A DNA stretch of 64,000 bases from Malacoraja senta (taxonomy: Eukaryota). The position numbers were made by a program, and so were the translations under genes. The stretch covers positions 4,590,001 to 4,654,000 of the forward strand of contig CM075993.1 in the NCBI GenBank assembly GCA_038087875.1, written 5' to 3'. How positions within the stretch are numbered: position 1 is the stretch's first letter; each line of letters opens with the position of its first letter. The notes under the pieces were generated by a model. It made no database searches and had not been told where the DNA came from. It saw only the letters and a list, made by a program, of their open reading frames with translations. Positions 23,095-35,470 of the stretch are shown here, in pieces.

Positions 23095-23129
23095 GGCAAC
23101 GTTTCGGGCCGAAACCCTTCTTCAGACTG
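23095..23129 (-). ncRNA. Minimal type I hammerhead ribozyme motif (Penelope-type), GUU variant
   Basis: Minus strand: cagu CUGAAGA A GGGU-UUCG-GCCC GAAA CG UU gcc. Core boxes intact; helix III reduced to the ACGU palindrome. Activity not shown. Confidence 0.7.
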
Positions 23130-23419
23130 TGCTTATATGTGTTTCTATTATATAGAATATAATATAAGTGTTGTAGAAGGCTAAGGCCAAGGGTTTACTG
23201 AAATTCCTGGGCATATTTTAAAAGTTGACTTAAGATCCTGGGCAATGTGGATGTTGCTGTGTTCTCCACAACCAATTTCATTTTAAATATTAGAAGGAAA
23301 GTTCCACATACATTTATAGCCAGGTTTGTGGAGATATGAACAGGAATATAAACCACTGCTAATATGATACTTCAGAACATTGCAGACTGGACTCCCTGAC
23401 TCTGATTTTCTCTCTTCAG

Positions 23420-23645
23420 ATTCTTACTGGTTGGCATCCGTCCATCTGCGACAGAAGATGTTGCGGCTTTGATGTTGTCCTGCTTGGGGAGGCTAATGTT
23501 TCATCTGTGGTTGCATCTCCTGCTGTGGCTGACTAGGCCTATCCTTGACAGACCAACCCACCCACAGCTTCCACAGGTGAAAGCGTCTCTGGCCGTTGGA
23601 CTGGGGAGTGTGTTGCTGTTGACCATTTGGTGCCGTTCGTGCAAA
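23420..23645 (-). mobile_element. RTE-clade LINE 3' end
   Basis: Minus strand encodes …FTCGSCGWVGLSRIGLVSHSRRC (terminal C2H2-like motif typical of RTE), followed by a gacggatgccaa 3' tip. Confidence 0.6.
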
Positions 23646-24419
23646 ACTATCTTCTCTCTTCAATTTCTTAATAACCTGTGGAATAGTTCCAATATTTTCT
23701 ACTTTCATTTTAGACAGCCTGCATGCATGGCATTTGGCCTTTGTATAAACAATACTTGTTCTTACCCCTGTTTTAATTAAAAAGAAGTGCTGATTGGGGT
23801 TACCATTTGTCCATGATACGCCCTCTCTTGATTTGATTGGAAAGGAAAATAGAAGAGGTCATGAACGGAATATCCTCAATCTTTTGTCAGTGGAGACAGG
23901 GAACATTGCTATATATCAAAAATTAATGTTATCTTTGTTCAAGTACAAAACTAGATTGCTGCAAATTTAATGTCATCTGATGCGAGGTTTCATGTTGGCT
24001 TCTTTCCCTTAATATAGACTAATAATACTAGGCTTGCACAGATACTGACATGGTTGCTCTTAGTTATTGTTTTGATATTCCTGGTTTTCACTGGTGGAAG
24101 GCATCATAACATGTGCAGACATCCCTAATATCTTTAAAGAATATTCTTGATTGCATCTTGTGTGGAATTATTTCCTCTATTTGATTCCTTTACCGAGAAA
24201 GAAAATCAATTAAAACCACTTAATAACCTCTTACCTCCTCCTCCTCTCCCTTTCCTTCTCTGACAGAGCTTAGTGGGTGAAGGATGACTTGCTTCCACCC
24301 TTGCTCTGTGGACTCAGAGGCTCGAGTGGAATCTACAGATTCTGCCACAGGTGAGCAACTGGCTGCACATCTCTGGGCAAACTCATTGATTTCCCATTCC
24401 CAGTAGACTGGTGTCTACT

Positions 24420-24735
24420 GGGGTGGCATGGTGGCACTGCAGGAGAGTTGCTGCCTTATTACAGCACTGGAGACCCTGGTTCGATCCCGACTACGGATGC
24501 TGTCTGTACGGAGTTTGTACGTTCTCCTCGTGACCGTGTGGGTTTTCTCTGAGATCTTCTGTTTCCTCCCACAATCCAAAGACGTGCAGGTATGTACGTA
24601 AATTGGCTTGTTATCAGTGTAAATTGTCCCTCGTGTGCGTAGGATAGTGTTAATGTTCGGGAATCGCTGGTCAGTGTGGACTTGGTGGGCCGATGGGGGC
24701 CTGTTTCCGTGCTGTATCTCTAAACAAAATAAAAT
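24420..24735 (+). mobile_element. HE1-type V-SINE
   Basis: Full head, V-domain and tail. Confidence 0.87.
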
Positions 24736-26271
24736 ATGCTGAGTGACAGCACAGGCTGGAGAAAGAGCTACATCACTGCAGCAACGATTTCCTCATCCGG
24801 ATTCCTTTCAACCTTGGCTCCTTGCCGGGAGCATGACGCCAATGAATTTATTCTTGTAAGAAAAGCTGACATTGTCAATAGCTGCAGGTTTATTATTGTC
24901 ATGCGTATCGAGATGCAATAAAAAGCTATGTTTTGCATGCTAGCCAATCACAACAGATAATACTATACATAATTAATATCAAGCTAAATTCATGTACAAC
25001 AGATAGAGCAGAGGTAAAGAAACAGAGTGCAGAATATCATCCTCAATATCGTGCCGCACCAGTTCCAGAAGCAAAGCCCAATGTCTGCAATGGGGTAGAG
25101 GTGAATCGGACAGAACGCTAGCTAATGGAAGGACTGTTCAAAAGTATAACAGAGAAGAAGCTATTCCTGGGTCTGCTGGTGAACACTTTCAAGCTTCTGC
25201 TCAAAGTACGAAGAGAGAATGAGGAATGACCGGGGGTTGGACTAGTCTTTGATTGTGTGGAAAGAAGGAATTGCAGATGCTGGTGTACCAAGGAAAGACA
25301 TGAAATGCCGGAGGAGCAGGTGAGGCAGCAGGTGACGTTTCGGGTTGGAATCCTTTGACACACTGATTAATGTGGGCAAGTTGGGCTGAAGGGCCTGCTT
25401 CCACGTTGTATGTCTTTGATAATGTTGGCTACTTTTCCGAGGCAGCCTGAAGTAACGCACAGCTAAATGGCAACCCCCACCTGCATTTTCTGTACAACAG
25501 TGACATTTCAGTGGAAACTCAAAGAAGTGTTTTATCTCTCCATCTCAAGGAGGACTTGAAAAAATTCAAATGCCTGATACCAAACCATGGTGTTAATTGT
25601 GCAAAACCCAATGATGTAAATCAATACTAACAAAGAGCTCTGCAATGATGTCTGAATGGGGCTGAATTTGTCACTTCATGTATTCTTTCAAGCTTTGGAT
25701 ATTTCAGTAATTTCCTCCCTTCAGGCTACCCGAATCTGCTTCAGTCATTTCTCACCTTACTATAGAATCTGTTGCTTACTCTACATGATCTTTGGCCTCG
25801 GCCTTCCTGAATGCCCTTGGCTATGGCTGCCATGAATTACTTCAAACTACCAGCACAGGAGACACTAAACAATCTTGAGCAAAGACCACAATGGAGAAGG
25901 AATCCATCCCCGTCCTTTTGTCCAGAATTTCCTCTCAGCCTGAAAAAACTTTCACGTCTCAGATAGAAAAAAAACACAAATGAAGGTGGTTTCTTTTTTT
26001 CCCCTTTCAAAAGAAAGAAATCCCATTTGTACATGCATGATTGCGAAATTCGGAATTGAACAAATTAGCTTTATTACACACAAGATCAAAATTATGCATT
26101 AAAGTTGGTTTGTATTTCAAATGCTCCACAGATTGTGGTGATATAGCTAAGTTTTACCAACCAATAACTTTAAAACAATAGCTTTATAAAATATTCTACA
26201 TTTTAGAGAACAATAGTCGGCATGGTCCCAGTGGGTCGAAGGGCCTGTTTCCATGCTGTTGCTCTGAACTT

Positions 26272-26585
26272 AGTGGCACAACAGTAGAACTGCTGCCTCA
26301 CAGTGCCAGAGACCCGAGTTCGATCTTGACTACGGGCGCTGTCTGTGCGGAGTTTGTACAATCTCCTTATAACATTGTGGGTTTTCTCCAGGTGCTCCGG
26401 TTTCTTCCCACATTTCCAGTGACGTACGGGTTTGTGAGTTAATTGGCTTCTGTAAATGACCCCTAGTGTGTAGGATGTGAAAGTGGAATAATAAGGAACT
26501 AGTGTGCGGGTGATCAATGGTCGGCGTGGACTCTGGGCTGAAGGGCACGCAGTATCTCTGAACTAAATTAAACTAAACTAAAACT
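26272..26585 (+). mobile_element. HE1-type V-SINE
   Basis: Head gctgcctcacagtgccagagacccgagttcgatc; (taaac)n tail. Confidence 0.82.
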
Positions 26586-26716
26586 GGAGCAGGATATAAC
26601 TGCAAAATTTATAATCAATGTGTTTCATTTTTTTTAAAGGTCAGTTTCTTCCCTTTCTTTCTCAACTGGGGCAAAGGGAGGAATTTGATTAATTGAATCA
26701 AACTTTCAGAAAGGAA

Positions 26717-27232
26717 GGTAGACACAAAATGTTGGAGTAACTCAGCGGGTGAGGCACCATCTATGGAGAGAAGGAATGGGTGATGTTTCGGGTCAAGACC
26801 CTTTTTCAGACTGATGTCAGGGGCGGAACAAAGAAAGAATGTAGGCAGAGACAGTAAGGCTAGTGGGAGAACTGGGAAGGGGGAGGGGATGGAGAGAGAA
26901 AGCACGGGCTACCCAAAGTTAGAGAAGTCAATGTTCATACCGCTGGGGTGTAAACTACCCAAGCGAAATATGAGGTGCTGTTCCTCCAATTTGCACTGGG
27001 CCTCACTCTGACAATGGAGGAGACCTAGGACAGAAAGGTCAGATTGGGAATGGGAGGGGGAGTTGAAGTGTTGGGCTACCAGGAGATCAGGTAGGTTAAG
27101 ACGGACTGAGCGGAGGTATTCAGCGATCGCCGAGCCTGCGCTTGGTCTCGCCGATGTAGAGAGGTTGACACCTGGTACAGCGGATGCAGTAGATGAGATT
27201 GGAGGAGGTGCAAGTGAATCTCTGCCTGACTC
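26717..27232 (-). mobile_element. Penelope-like element 3' fragment with GIY-YIG endonuclease C-terminal coding remnant
   Basis: AE.LRSVRLNLPDLLVAQHFNSPSHS..DLSVLGLLHCQSEA..KLEEQHLIFRLGSL.P.GMNIDF, followed by the hammerhead-bearing pLTR. Confidence 0.85.
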
Positions 27233-27605
27233 CGCTTTCAGAAAGGAAGTGCTGGTGCAATACAGCAAATGCTCATCCTCCTTTGCTGCAAAATTCTATT
27301 ATTCTAACCCCAACTTTTCAATATTGAGAATGCAATACAATTCAGTCAGCACTGATACACAAGGGCAAGCAAGGTCCTTAAGGGGGCCTAGTGGCTTTGA
27401 GATAATGGATGAAAATTAAGTTGACTCTCTTTGGCAGTCTGAGTAATCCAACCCCTGAGGAAAGCAGTTCTACAATATCACGGGCCATTTCTAATGATTG
27501 GTCAAATATCTTAGCTTACAGCTTACCAACAGAGCCAAAAGACGTGGACCAGTTTTCCTGGTATTTGGTTCCATATGCAATCACAAACAGATGATTTAAT
27601 CAGTT

Positions 27606-28041
27606 AAACACAAAATGTTGGAGTAACTCAGCGGGTGAGGCAGCATCTCTGGAGAGAAGGAACAGGCGACGTTTCGGGTCGAGACCCGAGACATCGTCCA
27701 TTCCTTCTCTCCAGAGATGCTGCCTCACCCGCTGAATTACTCCAGCATTTTGTGTCTACCTTCGATTTACACCAGCATCTGCAGTTCTTTCTTAAGGGCC
27801 TGTCCCACTTGTCGATTTTTTCGGCGACTGCAAGCATCATTGACTGACGTTTCAGGTCACTGAAAAATTTGCGGTGGTGACGCGATGTGATGACGTATGA
27901 CGCGCGGCGTTTTTTCAAGTGTCTCAACATTTTTTTTGTCGCCGCTAGATTTTGAAATGTTCAAAATCTTTTGGCGACACTGATATGACACCGGCAGTCG
28001 CCGAAAAAATCGCCAAGTGGGACAGGCCCTTTACACACTTA
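27606..28041. mobile_element. Penelope-derived palindromic mini-element with 15-bp TSD, carrying a nested MITE
   Basis: TSD atgatttaatcagtt at 27591-27605 and 28042-28056. Confidence 0.85.
27795..28030. mobile_element. PIF/Harbinger-like MITE
   Basis: TIR agggcctgtcccactt…aagtgggacaggccct; TTA duplicated on both sides. Confidence 0.88.
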
Positions 28042-28504
28042 ATGATTTAATCAGTTGGCTGATATTGCTTGGCGAAGCAGCAAGAGGTTTACTAATTGTT
28101 TGTATTGGTTAAACCATTAAGATTCAGTTTGTTAAACTGCAGCATGCATTTGAGTGTTTGGCTTAAGCTGCCCAGACTTGGATCAATGGGGTCTACTTCT
28201 GTGGAAAGTGAAGATAGATTCCACATCAGACGCGGCAAAGCGAAGGAATGGAAAAACTGAAAAAAAGTGATGCAAAGAGAATTATACTTTATCCAGTAAG
28301 TGGTTAGGGATTGGAATCCATTGCCAGCAGCAGAAGTGAAGGCAGATTCAATAATAACTTTCAAAAGCGGGTTAGGTAAGAATTTGAAATGAAAGACTTT
28401 GCAGGGTGACCAGCTGGACTGCTTTTACTCAGACAAGCTCTGGGTTAAGGCTGGTCGGCTAATGGAAATTAGCTTTTACAGAACTCACAAATCACTACCC
28501 AAGG

Positions 28505-29261
28505 AAGTGGCGGCGCCTAACGGCAGCGGATCTACTGCGGTCCGTCTGTCTTTTTTTAATTTTTGTCTAGTTAAATGTAGTTGTTTGTGTTTTTTATACT
28601 GTTTTTAATTGTGTATATGTGGGGGGCGGGGGGGGGGGGAGGGGGAAACTTTAAAAATCTCTTCCCCGACCTTTTCCCTGTCGGGTCTCCGTTGTCGTTG
28701 GGGCCTAGCTCCGTGGAGCGGCCTCCGACCGGGACGACCTGGGGGCTCCAGTCGCGGAGCCTGTGGAGCTGCGGACTCATCATCGTGGGGCTGGCCGGCC
28801 TCGGAGCGTGAGGAGCGGTGGTGGCTCGCTGCTGCGGCCCGACTCCGGAGCTCCAGCTACAGCTGCAGACCCGTGGACTGTGACATCGGGAGCTCGCGGG
28901 TCCGGGTGAGAGACCGCTTTCCGGAGCTCCCGCAACGCAACTTCTCCCGCCCGTGTCGCGGGGTTGGATCGACTCGGAGCGGGGCCATAAATCGCCCGGT
29001 GCGGCCTCAACGGCCGTGGGACTTAACATTGCCCGCCTGGGGCTTCAACATCGGGAGAAAAATGGTGCAGGGGAGAGAAAAGACTTTGCCTTCCATCACA
29101 GTGAGGAGGAGATTCGCTGTGATGGATGTTTTTCTGTAGATTGAATTGTTTGTGTGCCGTGTAGGAATTGTTTTGTTTGTATGGCTGTGGAAATGGAATT
29201 TTGTTTGAGCCTCTTTGAGGTTCAAATGACAATAAAATCTAATCAATCAATCAATCAATCA
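28505..29261 (+). mobile_element. GC/CpG-rich non-coding retroposon-like element with aataaa-(caat)n tail
   Basis: Abrupt GC-rich block ending tcaaatgacaataaaatctaatcaatcaatcaatcaatc, a tail type like the Rex1/Babar copies; no recognisable protein. Confidence 0.55.
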
Positions 29262-29304
29262 AAAAGCAGAGGGAATGGGAATTCAATGTTGATGAACAGG
29301 GTTA

Positions 29305-29603
29305 AGGTCATGTCCCACTTTCCCGAGTTACTCACGAATTCTCCCGAGTTTTCCCCTTGATTCAAACTCGGAGATGCCAGCCGCAGGTACTCGGGGCTAT
29401 TTTTTTTTACTCGTGGACATTTTTCAACATGCTGAAAAAACGTCCCGACTTACCTGATGCCCCGAGTACCTACGGCTGGCATTACGAGCCGCAATGAAAT
29501 ATCTACGGACTCCTACGGCCTCGCTACGGACATTCTCCGAGTTTGAATCAAGGGGAAAACTCGGGAGAATTCGTGAGTAACTTGGGAAAGTGGGACAGGG
29601 CCT
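29305..29603. mobile_element. PIF/Harbinger-like MITE with about 70-bp inverted arms
   Basis: aggtcatgtcccactttcccgagttactcacgaattctcccgag… inverted at the right end; TTA TSD. Confidence 0.85.
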
Positions 29604-29808
29604 TTAATCAGACGACTGTATATGACATTTAAATGGGTACACGGATAGGAAAGGTTCAGAGGGAGGCAAATAGGAGCAGCTTTGACTTGTACAAGTTCGA
29701 CAACGTGGACAAGTTGGGCCAAAGGGCCTGTTTCCTTGCTATCTGGCTTTATGCACGCTGTATACAAAATACCAAATATTCACACTTCATTCCAGTCATT
29801 GCACTCAC

Positions 29809-30035
29809 CTGATAAGATCCTGTATCCTGCTGTGGTAGAGTTCACTATGCGAAAGATTATTTTTTACTTCTTGCCCCGATTTCTTTGGTGACCCTAGGTG
29901 GCTGTTGGTCTGATTGTTGGCCAAGCAACCAAGCACTGTAGCACAGGTCTGCAGCAGTCCTGTGGTCAGCCCTTCAAACACCTGCTTGTTCACACTTCTT
30001 CCAAAGATGGCATCATCATCAGCAGGGACAAAAAG
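29809..30035 (-). CDS. SCAPER: SCAPER coding exon (LFVPADDDAIFGRSVNKQVFEGLTTGLL...RIQDLIS)
   Basis: Acceptor tttacag|CTT, donor AG|gtgagt; 227 nt, phase 0->2; NKQVFEGLTTGLL motif. Confidence 0.95.
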
Positions 30036-31134
30036 CTGTAAATAAAAAAAATAAAGTCTATGAACCACCAAGCCATCTTCAAATTATTTACAATGTGAAA
30101 CTCTTTCACACTTCAGTGGGTTTTTGATACCATTTGAGAGTGGAAAGAGTTACATTTAACAATTGAGTTCTTCATAAATTCATGTGATAGTAGCAGAATT
30201 AGGCCATTCGCCCCATCAAGGCTACTGCCATTCAATCATGGCTGATCTATCTTTCCCTATTAGCCCCATTCTCCTGCCTTCTCCCCATGGCACCTTTGGG
30301 CTTTATTGTAGAGTGCAAATGCAAACTGCAAATACATCTGAAATGTTCCTTGCTGTCACTAATATTGCCACAGTTCCATAGATTGGCACCAGTTTATTAT
30401 TGTCATGAGTAGCGAGATGCTGTGGGAAACTTTGCTACTTGCTTTTCGGGCAAATCATACCATGCAAAAGTGCATCAAGGTCGGTTAATACTGAAAAAAT
30501 GAAACAGAGTGCAGTATATAGTGTTGCAGCTACAGAGAAAGTGCAGATAGTAAAAAGGGCAAAAGCCACAATGATGTAGATTGGAAGATTAAGAATTCAT
30601 CTTTGGCATACAAGAGATATGTTCAAGAGCCTATAACTTGTCACTTAGACAACAGAAAAATAAGCACAGCTTTAGAGTACACTATGCTACATTATGTAAA
30701 GGTGATTATGTTTGCCTTGGACACTGATGTACCCTCTGCTCTGTTTTGAAGCAGGTTCCTTTGCATTTGCAGGAGGATTTGCGTACTAGCTTAGGAAAAT
30801 GTGTAATAGTAAGGTGGATTCTGTAAATTCCATAGATCAAATGAACAGAGAGCGAGAGAGAGAGAGACTTGTTCGCTATTGATTGCATATCCCTTTTAAA
30901 AAAAAAGCACTTCAAATTCAATATTAAAATGTCAATGATTTTTTCCCCCACTAACTCACAGAAGGGGTTAAACACTGACTTTTAATAAATTGTCCCAAAC
31001 AGCAAGGCTAACTTTAGAACTCGTAGCATAATCCATTCCTATTCTGGTTTGCCCCTAGGTAGCAAGAATAAAGCCCAAATGCCGAGGCGAGCTGTGCTCA
31101 AGAAACACAACATATAGTGTCAGTTTGATTTTGT

Positions 31135-31580
31135 GGTGGCACCCTCACCTCTGTGTCAGAGGTCGTAGGTTCAAGCCCTACTCCAGAGCCTTGAGTGCAC
31201 AATCCAATCTGATAATTCAGTGAAGTATTGAGGAAGTGTTGCATTGTCAGAACTGCTATCTTTTAGTGGGGACATTAATCAAGGCTCCGGCCTGCTTGGT
31301 TCCTCTGAATGTGTATATCAGGGCACTTTTTGACAAGGTATCGGGAATTTGCTCTTCCGTTGTTTGAGACGAGACTATAAATCCGGATTCATTAATCTCT
31401 TTCATTCACTGGTGACTGTGGGGTCTTGCTCTGCATAAACATGCTCTTGTCTTCCTGTAAATAATAATAGTTTAAAAATGGATGCGAAACACTTTGTGAC
31501 CTCTTAAGAATCTGAAAGGTTCTGTATAAATGTAGACTGCTGTTATTGAGCTCACTACAGGACATTTTTTCACAAATTTG
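31135..31580 (+). mobile_element. Deu-domain SINE (SacSINE1-like), degenerate, with adjacent minus-strand tail fragment
   Basis: cctcacctctgtgtcagaggtcgtaggttcaagccctactccagagccttgag…cagtgaagtattgaggaagtgttgcattgtcag. Confidence 0.65.
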
Positions 31581-32036
31581 TTCTTCCATATGCATCAGCT
31601 AAAGAACCTGCTTCACAACGTAATGGGGGTAGCATATCGGGATATATCTGTCGCCATGGCAGCATCTCTGGAGAGAAGGAATGGGTGACGTTTTGGGTCG
31701 GGACCCTTCTTCAGACTGACTGTAGGTGGAGGGGGGAAGAAATCTAGCAGGTAATAGGCGAGGGTTTGATTAGCTGAAGTTTGGATAGAGGCTAGAAATG
31801 AAAAAAAAAGGTGTGAAGCAAAGGATTCAGGGTGGCACAGTGGCGCAGTTGCCAAGTTGCTGCCTTACAGTGCCAGAGACCCGGGTTCAATCCTGACTAT
31901 TCAGTGCTGTCTATTTGCCAACGTGTAGTGGACTGAGTGTGTAGGAAGGAACTGCAGATGCTGGTTTAAACTGAAGATAGACACAAAAAGCTGGAGTAAC
32001 TCAGCAGGACAGGCAGCAACTCTGGAGGGAAGGAAT

Positions 32037-32072
32037 GGGTGACGTTTCGGGTCGAGACCCTTCTTCAGACTG
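32037..32072 (-). ncRNA. Minimal type I hammerhead ribozyme motif (Penelope-type), GUC variant
   Basis: Minus strand: cagu CUGAAGA A GGGU-CUCG-ACCC GAAA CG UC accc, at the end of a pLTR arm (31940-32072). Activity not shown. Confidence 0.72.
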
Positions 32073-32577
32073 GCACAGAATTGTTAATTCCATTAATTTG
32101 TGGAGATTGCAGCAACCTGGGCGGTGAAAATATTCTGAACTGCAAACTGTCTGGTGTACTGCCCACCCTAACTACAAGATTGCTAACTTGAGACCAATGG
32201 AATTAAACTTGGTTAGGCTAATATTTCTTTCTTAACTGATCCCAAAAATCCTATTGAGGCTAAATCACCATTTAAAAAAAAACTTAATCCATCACGGTCA
32301 GAAGTTCAATTGTGTGTTTTGTTCCAGCTTGTTTCGCTGACTTTGCAGCACAATCCACTTTGGGATAAATCTGCAAATGATGCCATATAAATGCAAATCT
32401 TGTTTTAAAATTTCATTATTTACCTGCTATCTAGTTCCAATTTTTCATTGTCCAATCTAAATATATTTTCTGTTTTAATCCTCCATATATTCTCCTCTTG
32501 CTGTTTGCCAATGCACTTGTGAAGTGCCTTGGAATTTTTTACCGTGTTAATGCAGGGTGTTCAGGCCTTGATCCTAA

Positions 32578-32792
32578 AGGGCCTGTCCCACTTGGGCGTC
32601 ATTTACGCGGCATCCTTTACGCGTCACGACGCACGACGTGACGCGCGCATGGTGCGCATTAAGCGCGCATGGTGCGTGGTGACATAGGCAGTGACGCGCG
32701 GTTGCGCGCGGCACCCCAGGATTTTGGGATGTATAAAATCTTCGCGCGCCATCTGCGTGACCCACAAATGACGCCCAAGTGGGACTGTCCCT
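32578..32792. mobile_element. PIF/Harbinger-like MITE (CpG-rich)
   Basis: TIR agggcctgtcccacttgggcgtcattt / aaatgacgcccaagtgggactgtccct; TAA TSD. Confidence 0.87.
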
Positions 32793-34321
32793 TAACTGGG
32801 TGAAGTCCAAAGATTTGCTTTAAAAGCATCTATAAACATGCAAAATTAGTTCCTTTTAAGTTTGGATTTCATTGATTCGTAAGAAAGCCTAAGCATCTGT
32901 AATGGTGGTTGTTTGATTTTGTTAAATAAATTCTCGACCACAAGTGAGGATCTCGTTTTGAAAACATGCAAAGGCACATGTTTCAGTCATCTTCAGTGTG
33001 TTGTGATCACGGACAAGTGTTTGAGCTATTCTCTTTTTACCAAAACTAGAGTTGAGAGGAATGTTTGAAATCTGCACTATATCTAATTTTGTATAGATTA
33101 AGCAGGAAAGCTAGGTCCTCCATCAATAGCTTACTCTAGATACTCCTCCATAGCTTCATGGAGGACAGGAGGAGTATCTTGTTTCCATGTTCCAGGTTAA
33201 TATTTCTTTATATCTATGGTGTAAGCCTCCCCACCATTAAAACATTACTAGGGGTCCTTTCTAATCCCCTCCGATTGTGAGATAAACATAGTAAAAAAAA
33301 CATTGTCCCCTGTTACCTCGTGTCTTTCAAATTAGTGGCTCATTGAATCAGATCAAGTTACAAATGTAAACCTTTTAACAATCTGTTACCATGACAATAT
33401 AATCAATAGATAGCACAATGTACATTAAGGTTGACAAGCTGGTTTCACCGCGCTCTAGTTTGGCCTGCAAGACTTCACACTTAAGATGGCTGATTCTTTC
33501 TCTCAAACACCTTCACATAATTTCTCCTCATTCCTCTTTTATGACCACAATAAGGTTGAAACTTGTCTCTTTCATACACAATGAGAAGCATCTGTTCCAA
33601 AAGCATATAGATCCTTTATGTTTGAGATGATAAGCCAGCTGCAAGGCCTCCTTTAACATTTTATGATCTGTGCTTCATCTTAATGGTCTCACTCTTTAGC
33701 TGAAAGGGGCTGGGGAATAAAAGGTGGCTTAAAAGGCCGACATTAGAGAGGAGGATGAAGTACTTGAATTGTTAAGTACTTATCTCTTATATATACATAA
33801 AAGTACAAGTCAAAAGGAGATATATTATGAAAAAATGCCAGGATTCTAAACTATGCAGAACACATCGGTGACTTGAAGATGCACTAAGTGAAGAACTTGC
33901 TAACCAGTGAACCCAAAACAAAAACATGATTTTTCACACCTCTATTTGTAACTCATCTACTAATTGCTTTTGCTGAGACATAATGTGGGATCTATAACCT
34001 GCTTTACAGTGATGCTTCTCTTCAGATGTTCACTGCAGTATTGGTTGCTTTTAAATGGCAATAATAAGAGTACACAACATTCCTTTCGAAGAGCAGAGTG
34101 TTGTGTATTATTTCCATTTAGTCATCAGTTACCTATTTTAAAAAAGTGCAAGGATAATAGATATATCATGTGCTCCAAATCTCTGCCCATGTATTTACCA
34201 TTGCACCACTCCCACTATCAGAGCAACTCAGGGCTCACACTCACTACAAACCCTTGTTAGACAAAAGTGCTGGAAAAACTCAGCGGGTGCGGCAGCATCT
34301 ATGGAGCGAAGGAAATAGGCA

Positions 34322-34956
34322 AGGACCATAAGTGGGGGGCTACCATCGACTCCACAGTCAAAAAGGCACAACAGAGGATGTACTTCCTACGGCAGCTGAG
34401 GAAGCACAATCTGCCACAGGCAATGATGGTCAATTCTATATGGCCATCGTAGAGTCTGTCCTCACCTTCTCCATCATGGTCTGGTTTGGCTCAGCCACCA
34501 AGCACGACACCTGGAGGCTGCAGCAAATCGTCCGATCAGCTGATAAGGTTATTGGCTGCAACCTTCCCTCCATTGACGAACTATGCACTGCAAGGGCCAG
34601 GAAGCGAGTGGGTAAGATCATCTCTGACCCCTCTCACCCTGGCCACAAACTCTTTGAATCACTTCCCTCTGGAATGCGACTCCGGACTGTCAAAGCTGCC
34701 ATAGCCAGACATAAAAACAGATTTTTTCCACGAGTAGTAGCTCTACTCAACAGCCAAAAATATGTAGCCTCCCTTTGCTCTGGTATTTGTTTGGTTCAGA
34801 TGTTTGATCAATGGTGTTTTATTATTAATGTTTTATTGTTTTATGTGTCATTCGTAACTGTCATTGTATGTCATGTTGTCACTTGAGGGAGGAGCACCAA
34901 GGCTTATTCCTTGTATGTGAATACTTGGCCAATAAACTTATTCATTCATTCATTCA
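34322..34956 (+). mobile_element. Rex1/Babar LINE 3' fragment
   Basis: KKAQQRMYFLRQLRK…(frameshift)…FY.AIVESVLTFSIMVWFGS…DPSHPGH.LF..LPSG.R; aataaa and (attc)n tail. Confidence 0.88.
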
Positions 34957-35470
34957 ATGTCCCAGCTACACTAGTCCCACTTGCCTTCGCTTGGTCCATA
35001 TCCCTCCAAACCTGTCCTATCCATGTACCTGTCTAATTGTTTCTTAAACGATGGGATAGTCCCTGCCTCAACTACCTCCTATGGCAGCTTGTTTCATACT
35101 CCCGCCACCCTTTGTGTGAAAAAGTTACTCCTCAGATTCCTATTAAATATTTTCCCCTTCACCATGAACCTAGGTGCTCTGGTCCTCGATTCCCCTACTC
35201 TGGACAAGAGACTCTCTGCATCTATTCCTCTCATGATTTTGTACACCTTTCTATAAGATTCCCCCTCATCCTCCTGCGCTCCATGGAATAGAAACCCAGC
35301 CTACTCAACCTCTCCCTGTAGCTCACACCCTCTAGTCCTGGCAACATCCTCGTAAATCTTTTCTGAACCCTTTCAAGCTCGACAATATCATTCCTATAAC
35401 ATGGTGCCCAGGAATGAACACAATACTCTAGATGTGGTATCACCAGCGTCTTATACAACTGCAACATGTG
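34957..35470 (-). mobile_element. CR1/HER1-type LINE 3' fragment
   Basis: LQLYKTLV.PHLEYCV..W.P.YR.DI..LERVQKRFTRMLPGL…RGNLIE. Confidence 0.87.

Noticed and set aside
28571..29139. 152- and 176-aa ORFs
   Set aside because: Arise from a GC-rich repeat-like element; no recognisable domain or splice context.
34258..34330. Penelope arm fused directly to a Rex1 5' truncation (possible chimeric retrotranscript)
   Set aside because: No shared TSD around the pair; insertion plus deletion explains it equally well.
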